NCBI GenBank assembly: GCA_013287705.1
Contig: JABDDH010000001.1
Coordinates: 359 to 64,358 of the forward strand
From: Chlamydiota bacterium
GTDB lineage: Bacteria; Chlamydiota; Chlamydiia; Chlamydiales; Rhabdochlamydiaceae
DNA: 64,000 nucleotides
Reading direction: 5' to 3'
In this document: in pieces, positions 59,747 to 64,000 of the stretch
Position numbering within the stretch: position 1 is the stretch's first letter
Layout: each line of letters opens with the position of its first letter
The notes under the pieces: model-generated
What the model saw: the letters and a program-made list of their open reading frames with translations, nothing else
Told to the model about the DNA's origin: nothing
Database searches by the model: none
Translations under genes and position numbers: made by a program

Positions 59747-59890
59747 TCTCGACTTTGTAACTTTTTGGGACCGAAGGCCTCGAGATATTTGTTCTTGGCT
59801 TAGAAAATAAATCAGCGAGTTTGGCCATAGGCCAAACGGCCAAGAGCAAATAGACGAGGCAGGCGGTCCCAAAAAGTTGCAAAGTCGAGA
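59747..59890. repeat. Family C long palindromic element, copy C2 (144 nt)
   Basis: Arms tctcgactttgtaactttttgggaccg (59747-59773) and cggtcccaaaaagttgcaaagtcgaga (59864-59890) match at 26/27 as an inverted repeat. Inner arms are aggcctcgagatatttgttcttggc / gccaagagcaaatagacgaggc. The tip is gtttggcc-ata-ggccaaac. It lies in the divergent rsmB-doxX spacer. Confidence 0.88.
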
Positions 59891-59960
59891 GTATAACAGA
59901 ATGCTGGTTTTTTGTAGTGATTTTGTTTATGATAAATTTTTATTTAAATAGGGGGGTGGT

Positions 59961-60428
59961 ATGATCGTGTTTCAGTTTTTGTTAGGGCTTATCGGACGAG
60001 TTTTTTTAAGTCTTCCCTTTATCTTGTCAGGATGGATGACCCTGACCCTTTGGGAGCAAAGAGAGACTGCGTTAACAACGGCTCTACATCGTTTGATGAC
60101 GGGAGTTTTAGATCCAGGGATACAAGCCTGTCTCGCTCTTTTATTGCCGTGGGTGCCATTTTTACTCATCCTTTCCTGTTTTTTGCAGTTTCTGGGTGCT
60201 TTATGTCTCTGTTTGGGCTATAGAGTACGCGTTGCTGCATTTTTATTATTTATTGTTCTTTTTGTCTCAACGCCGATTTTTCATCCCTATTGGCTCGTTA
60301 CTGGGGCTGATCAAGATAAGGAGTTACTCTTGTTTTTGCAACATGTAGCGATTGGAGGGGGGCTTTTAACGATCATCGCGTATGGAGCTACAGGAGTGAC
60401 AAGAACTTTAAAATCGAATGATCGTTAA
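59961..60428 (+). CDS. DoxX-family membrane protein
   Basis: 155 aa with four TM segments. Its size and topology are typical of DoxX, but no strong motif was checked. Confidence 0.55.
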   Translation: MIVFQFLLGLIGRVFLSLPFILSGWMTLTLWEQRETALTTALHRLMTGVLDPGIQACLALLLPWVPFLLILSCFLQFLGALCLCLGYRVRVAAFLLFIVLFVSTPIFHPYWLVTGADQDKELLLFLQHVAIGGGLLTIIAYGATGVTRTLKSNDR

Positions 60429-62040
60429 AATCATAGGGTTGTTTCTCAGCTTCGTGATCGTGGCTTGGGGACAACCTGCGCTTTTCTCTTTTTTAGCCCC
60501 GCTCTCAGCGATCTGCGGGTTTGCCCTTTTCTGGATCTGTTGTCCCGAAAAAAAGTCTTTTCTCTCTGCCACGATCTGGTTTGCAGCTGTTCAGTTGGTT
60601 CAGCTCTCTTGGTTTGTGAGTCTAGAATTTCAAGGAATCTATATTTTATTTGCCTATGTTGGCCTCTCTATTTTTATGGGGTTACAGTTCGGCCTCCTAA
60701 CGCTTATTGTCCCAAAGAAAAGCATTAAACCCCTACAAATCCTCTCTATCGCCGCTTGTTGGACGCTCTTTGAGTGGGCACGGCTCTATTGTCTTTCTGG
60801 TTTTGCGTTCAATCCTATTGGATTGACGTTAAGTTCGTTTCTTTTGTCGCGCCAAACAGCTTCTATTTTTGGCGTGCTCGGTCTCTCGTTTCTTGTGATT
60901 GTTACAAATCTTCTTCTCTACAACCTCTTCTTTTCTCGTAAAAAATGGCCTCTTGTTTTATCTGTGGTCTTTTTCCCTTACTGTTTTGGGCTGATCCATC
61001 TCTATCTTCACAAGCCTTTGGTTCCTGCACATGTACGTGTAGCACTTGTTCAAACAGGACTCCTTCCTTCAGAAAAAATACCTCTTAGCACCCATAAAGG
61101 AGATTTTATGACGCCGATGGAGCAGTGGCGTCATTTGATACGGATGTTGCGCATGGCCGTTGTTCAGGGGACAGTTGATCTGATTGTTTTTCCAGAAGCA
61201 GCTCTGCCCTTTGTGTTTGAAAAGCCTCTTTTTTCTTACGATTTTATTCATCGTGTCCTTTGTAAAGAGCTGGGTTCAGAAGTCTCTGCCCATTTTCCTC
61301 CCTTAGAGGCGCCTTATGCACAAGGTTCGCTTGTCACCCACGCCTTTATCGCACAAACCCTGGCAAATTATTTTCATGCAGAGCTTATTTCTGGGTTTGA
61401 TCATCATGACACAGTAGCGGATCAATTTTTCAATGCAGCCTTTCATTTCTCACCCCACACAGAGCCGCTGACGCGCTACGACAAGAGAGTGCTCGTTCCA
61501 GGAGAGTATCTGCCCTTTTCGTTTTGCAGGCCCCTCTTTTCTTGTTATGGGATCTCTGATTTTTTCACCCCGGGTCACAAGGCCGTTTTAATGGGTCGAT
61601 CGATTCCTCTTTCAGTTTCGATCTGTTATGAAGAGATGTTTTCTCATGTTATGCGTGAGGGGCGTCTTTTGGGTGCCGAGCTTTTTGTTAATGTGACAAA
61701 TGACAACTGGTACCCTGAGACGACTCTTGCTCGCCAGCATTTTGAGCATGCGCGCTTGCGCAGTGTGGAAAATGGGATTCCTTTGATTCGAGCAGCAAAC
61801 AGTGGCGTGACAGCGGTTGTTGACAGTTTTGGGCGCACGACGGCTTATTTAGAAGAAAAGCAGGGAGTTTTAGTTGCAGAGTGTAGCCGCCATACTTATT
61901 GGACACCCTACAGCTTCTGGGGTAACTGGGGGATTCTTTTTCTCTGTTGTGGAAGTTTACTTCTCTTTGTAGCAAAAACAGTCTACGATATGGTCATTCA
62001 CCATTCCGACAGCTTGCATGTAGGCGTAGATAATTGTTGA
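60418..62040 (+). CDS. lnt: Apolipoprotein N-acyltransferase
   Basis: An N-terminal multi-TM domain and a nitrilase-like domain with the catalytic Cys context VSICYEEMF, plus NVTNDNWY. The C-terminal tail overlaps tag. Confidence 0.88.
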   Translation: MIVKIIGLFLSFVIVAWGQPALFSFLAPLSAICGFALFWICCPEKKSFLSATIWFAAVQLVQLSWFVSLEFQGIYILFAYVGLSIFMGLQFGLLTLIVPKKSIKPLQILSIAACWTLFEWARLYCLSGFAFNPIGLTLSSFLLSRQTASIFGVLGLSFLVIVTNLLLYNLFFSRKKWPLVLSVVFFPYCFGLIHLYLHKPLVPAHVRVALVQTGLLPSEKIPLSTHKGDFMTPMEQWRHLIRMLRMAVVQGTVDLIVFPEAALPFVFEKPLFSYDFIHRVLCKELGSEVSAHFPPLEAPYAQGSLVTHAFIAQTLANYFHAELISGFDHHDTVADQFFNAAFHFSPHTEPLTRYDKRVLVPGEYLPFSFCRPLFSCYGISDFFTPGHKAVLMGRSIPLSVSICYEEMFSHVMREGRLLGAELFVNVTNDNWYPETTLARQHFEHARLRSVENGIPLIRAANSGVTAVVDSFGRTTAYLEEKQGVLVAECSRHTYWTPYSFWGNWGILFLCCGSLLLFVAKTVYDMVIHHSDSLHVGVDNC

Positions 62041-62520
62041 GCCAACAAAGGTCATGCCTCGTTTTTTTAGGTCTTTAGAGAGCGCATCGCTCTGCTCCGT
62101 TCTAACTGGAATTTCTTTAAGCGTTTTCCACCTATTTTTTATCGGTTCTTTTTGGACAAACCCCCAGAGGTAATGATCAAAGGATCCGTACTCTTGTTGG
62201 ATTTTTAGAAAGACCTGTACATTGCGGCGCGCTGCAAAGACTTTGAGTCGATTGCGGATAATTCCGGGGTTGTGTAGCTCTGCTTCTAGTTCTGCATCGC
62301 TCATTTTAGCTACAAGCAATGGATCAAAGTTGTGAAAGGCTTGTCGATAGCCGAGTCGTCTTTTTAAAATTGTCTCCCAGCTCAAGCCTGCCTGGGCACC
62401 CTCTAAGATCAACATCTCAAAGAGATGCCTGTCGTCGTGAACGGGAATACCCCACTCATTGTCATGATACTCTGCATAGAGAGGATTATGTGTGCCAAAA
62501 CAGCGTTTTTTTTCAACCAT
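61957..62520 (-). CDS. tag: DNA-3-methyladenine glycosylase I
   Basis: YHDNEWGIPVHDDRHLFEMLILEGAQAGLSW and a C-terminal VNDHIVDCFCY (zinc site). Confidence 0.92.
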   Translation of the reverse strand: MVEKKRCFGTHNPLYAEYHDNEWGIPVHDDRHLFEMLILEGAQAGLSWETILKRRLGYRQAFHNFDPLLVAKMSDAELEAELHNPGIIRNRLKVFAARRNVQVFLKIQQEYGSFDHYLWGFVQKEPIKNRWKTLKEIPVRTEQSDALSKDLKKRGMTFVGSTIIYAYMQAVGMVNDHIVDCFCYKEK

Positions 62521-63016
62521 AACCTAGTACCCTTTTTTCATGTGCAAGGAGCCACTCTTTGCGTTTGGTGCCAGAGCTGTATCCGCCAAGAGATCCATCG
62601 GAACAGATGACCCGATGACATGGGATAATGAGGGGGCATCTGTTTGTGCCATTTGCGGAACCAACAGCGCGCTCGGCAGAACTTTTACCAATAGCCTTGG
62701 CCAATCCAGAGTAGGAGAGGGTTTGGCCATACGGGATTTTTTTCAGCGCGTTCCACACCTCAAGTTGAAAGTCCGATCCAACCAATTCAAGGGGTGTTGT
62801 AAACCGGATCAACTTTCCGTCAAAATAATCGGCAATTTCTTGTTCGATTTGATCCAGGATGGGAGTGCGGCCGGATTCTGATGGAAATGCGCTGATCCTT
62901 TTTTCAATCTTTGGATGGTCCTGAAACTCCAAGAGATAAAGAGCTTCCTTGTCCGCGATGCCAATCATGGATCCAAGGGGCGTCTCAATTTCCACATGTT
63001 TATAGATTTTATCCAT
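62513..63016 (-). CDS. ogt: Methylated-DNA--protein-cysteine methyltransferase
   Basis: Active site IPCHRV, with YGQTLSYSGLAKAIG preceding it. Confidence 0.9.
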   Translation of the reverse strand: MDKIYKHVEIETPLGSMIGIADKEALYLLEFQDHPKIEKRISAFPSESGRTPILDQIEQEIADYFDGKLIRFTTPLELVGSDFQLEVWNALKKIPYGQTLSYSGLAKAIGKSSAERAVGSANGTNRCPLIIPCHRVICSDGSLGGYSSGTKRKEWLLAHEKRVLGYG

Positions 63017-63057
63017 AACGTTGAATCAATTCTATCAGAAGATTGATTCTGAATCTA

Positions 63058-64000
63058 TCAGACTTTTTGGCGCTTGACCACGTTGTCGATGAAGATACGG
63101 TAGGTCAGCTGATCGAGGAACCTAGCAAAGAGAGTGGCGCTGACACAGAAGGTGAGGATCATCGAGAGGCAGTAGCCGTAGCCGTAGTAGGCAAAGCCGA
63201 GATGTTGGGAAAGCAGAGTCAGGATTGCGTTGCTAAAAAAGAGGAGGAGGGAGAGGCACAGCATATTTTCTTGGCTGTCGAAGTAGGAGAAATAGACATA
63301 GAGGATCAGGTTGAGCCCGGCAAAGAAGGAGCCGAGGGTGCCAAGACAAAAGATATTGAGGCAGAGGTAACTGATTCCAAACCAATTAAAGAGCATTGGA
63401 GCCAGAAGGATAACGGAGAGAGAGAGGGTTCCCTGCAAGACAAGAGCGGATCTTCCATTCTCTTTAATTTCAGAGATCAGCTCTTTTTTGGTCGCCTCGA
63501 TTTGAGCAAGGGGTGCATTGCGCTCGATGTGTTGGATATATTTGATATAGGAGAGATAGAAGTTAGCCTCTAAGCTAAAGATGAAGAGCGCGAGGAGAAA
63601 GATAATCGTCAGGTAAGAGAGAAAGAGCGCTTGGTCGTAGACCGGATACGTCGTCAGATTGCTTCCATGACGGATCGCCTCTTTAGAGCCCCACATAATT
63701 ACTTTGTCGATCCACATGCCTGCATAGAGAAAAAGTCCACTCCAGAAGAGCTTTTGGTACCTGTGAAAGTAGAAAGTCAGCTCTTTTGGGAGCGCAAAAG
63801 AGCCCGCATATTCGGCAAAAATTGTCGCTGTTTGAGAAAAGAGCAGGAAGGCAAGGCCGACATTTGTTCCAAAAAGCATGCCCTCGGCTCCATACAGATT
63901 TCCACAGTAGATGGAAAGGATGGCGGTCAGCACCATTCCGAGAACCCAGCAGATGGTGATGGCGCGAAAATTGTGGATCGAGCTCAGAAAGAGTGAGACG
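63058..64000 (-). CDS. pelG: PelG-like polysaccharide-export membrane protein, 5' partial (continues beyond the window)
   Basis: The frame is open to base 64000 upstream of the track ATG. It is multi-TM. Segments GMWIDKVIMW, YDQALFLSYL, LLAPMLFNWFGIS and FGFAYYGYGY match my recollection of the PelG family layout. No alignment was run. Confidence 0.5.
   Translation of the reverse strand, partial: VSLFLSSIHNFRAITICWVLGMVLTAILSIYCGNLYGAEGMLFGTNVGLAFLLFSQTATIFAEYAGSFALPKELTFYFHRYQKLFWSGLFLYAGMWIDKVIMWGSKEAIRHGSNLTTYPVYDQALFLSYLTIIFLLALFIFSLEANFYLSYIKYIQHIERNAPLAQIEATKKELISEIKENGRSALVLQGTLSLSVILLAPMLFNWFGISYLCLNIFCLGTLGSFFAGLNLILYVYFSYFDSQENMLCLSLLLFFSNAILTLLSQHLGFAYYGYGYCLSMILTFCVSATLFARFLDQLTYRIFIDNVVKRQKV

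Overview
The window is 64 kb of mostly core chromosome from a member of the phylum Chlamydiota. Several fused or lineage-typical genes support this: a MurC-Ddl fusion, a 1513-aa SecDF fusion, a EUO-like regulator, Mip, UhpC, and an Aas-type acyltransferase/acyl-ACP synthetase. From memory, gene order also resembles Chlamydia (tsp-euo-recJ-secDF-uppS-cdsA-cmk-plsC and hisS-uhpC-dnaE). Extra genes (tag, ogt, doxX, a PelG-like gene, a purA relic) and roughly mid-40s % GC by eye suggest an environmental lineage outside Chlamydiaceae. I cannot name the species. I support about 58 protein genes, most of them housekeeping. I also support one complete 16S-23S-5S rRNA operon (23412-28689) with no tRNA in the spacer and no 23S intron, tRNA-Ser(GGA), tRNA-Leu(CAG), and one in-frame purA gene fossil. 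I saw no CRISPR array, transposase, integrase or phage genes.

The most unusual content is non-coding. At least 12 long imperfect palindromes (44-184 nt, about 1.6 kb in total) fall into several sequence families and fill many of the larger intergenic spacers. They abut or overlap start and stop codons. One lies in the 16S-23S spacer, one is nested inside another, and one supplies the last 43 codons of nrdR. These resemble MITE-, RPE- or Correia-type elements, but I cannot assign them to a named family.

Secondary points of interest:
- a divergent DAACS-type transporter fused to a solute-binding domain
- a PelG-like gene at the window edge
- two long convergent gene overlaps
- a small repeat-bounded accessory islet between the nudix gene and aas
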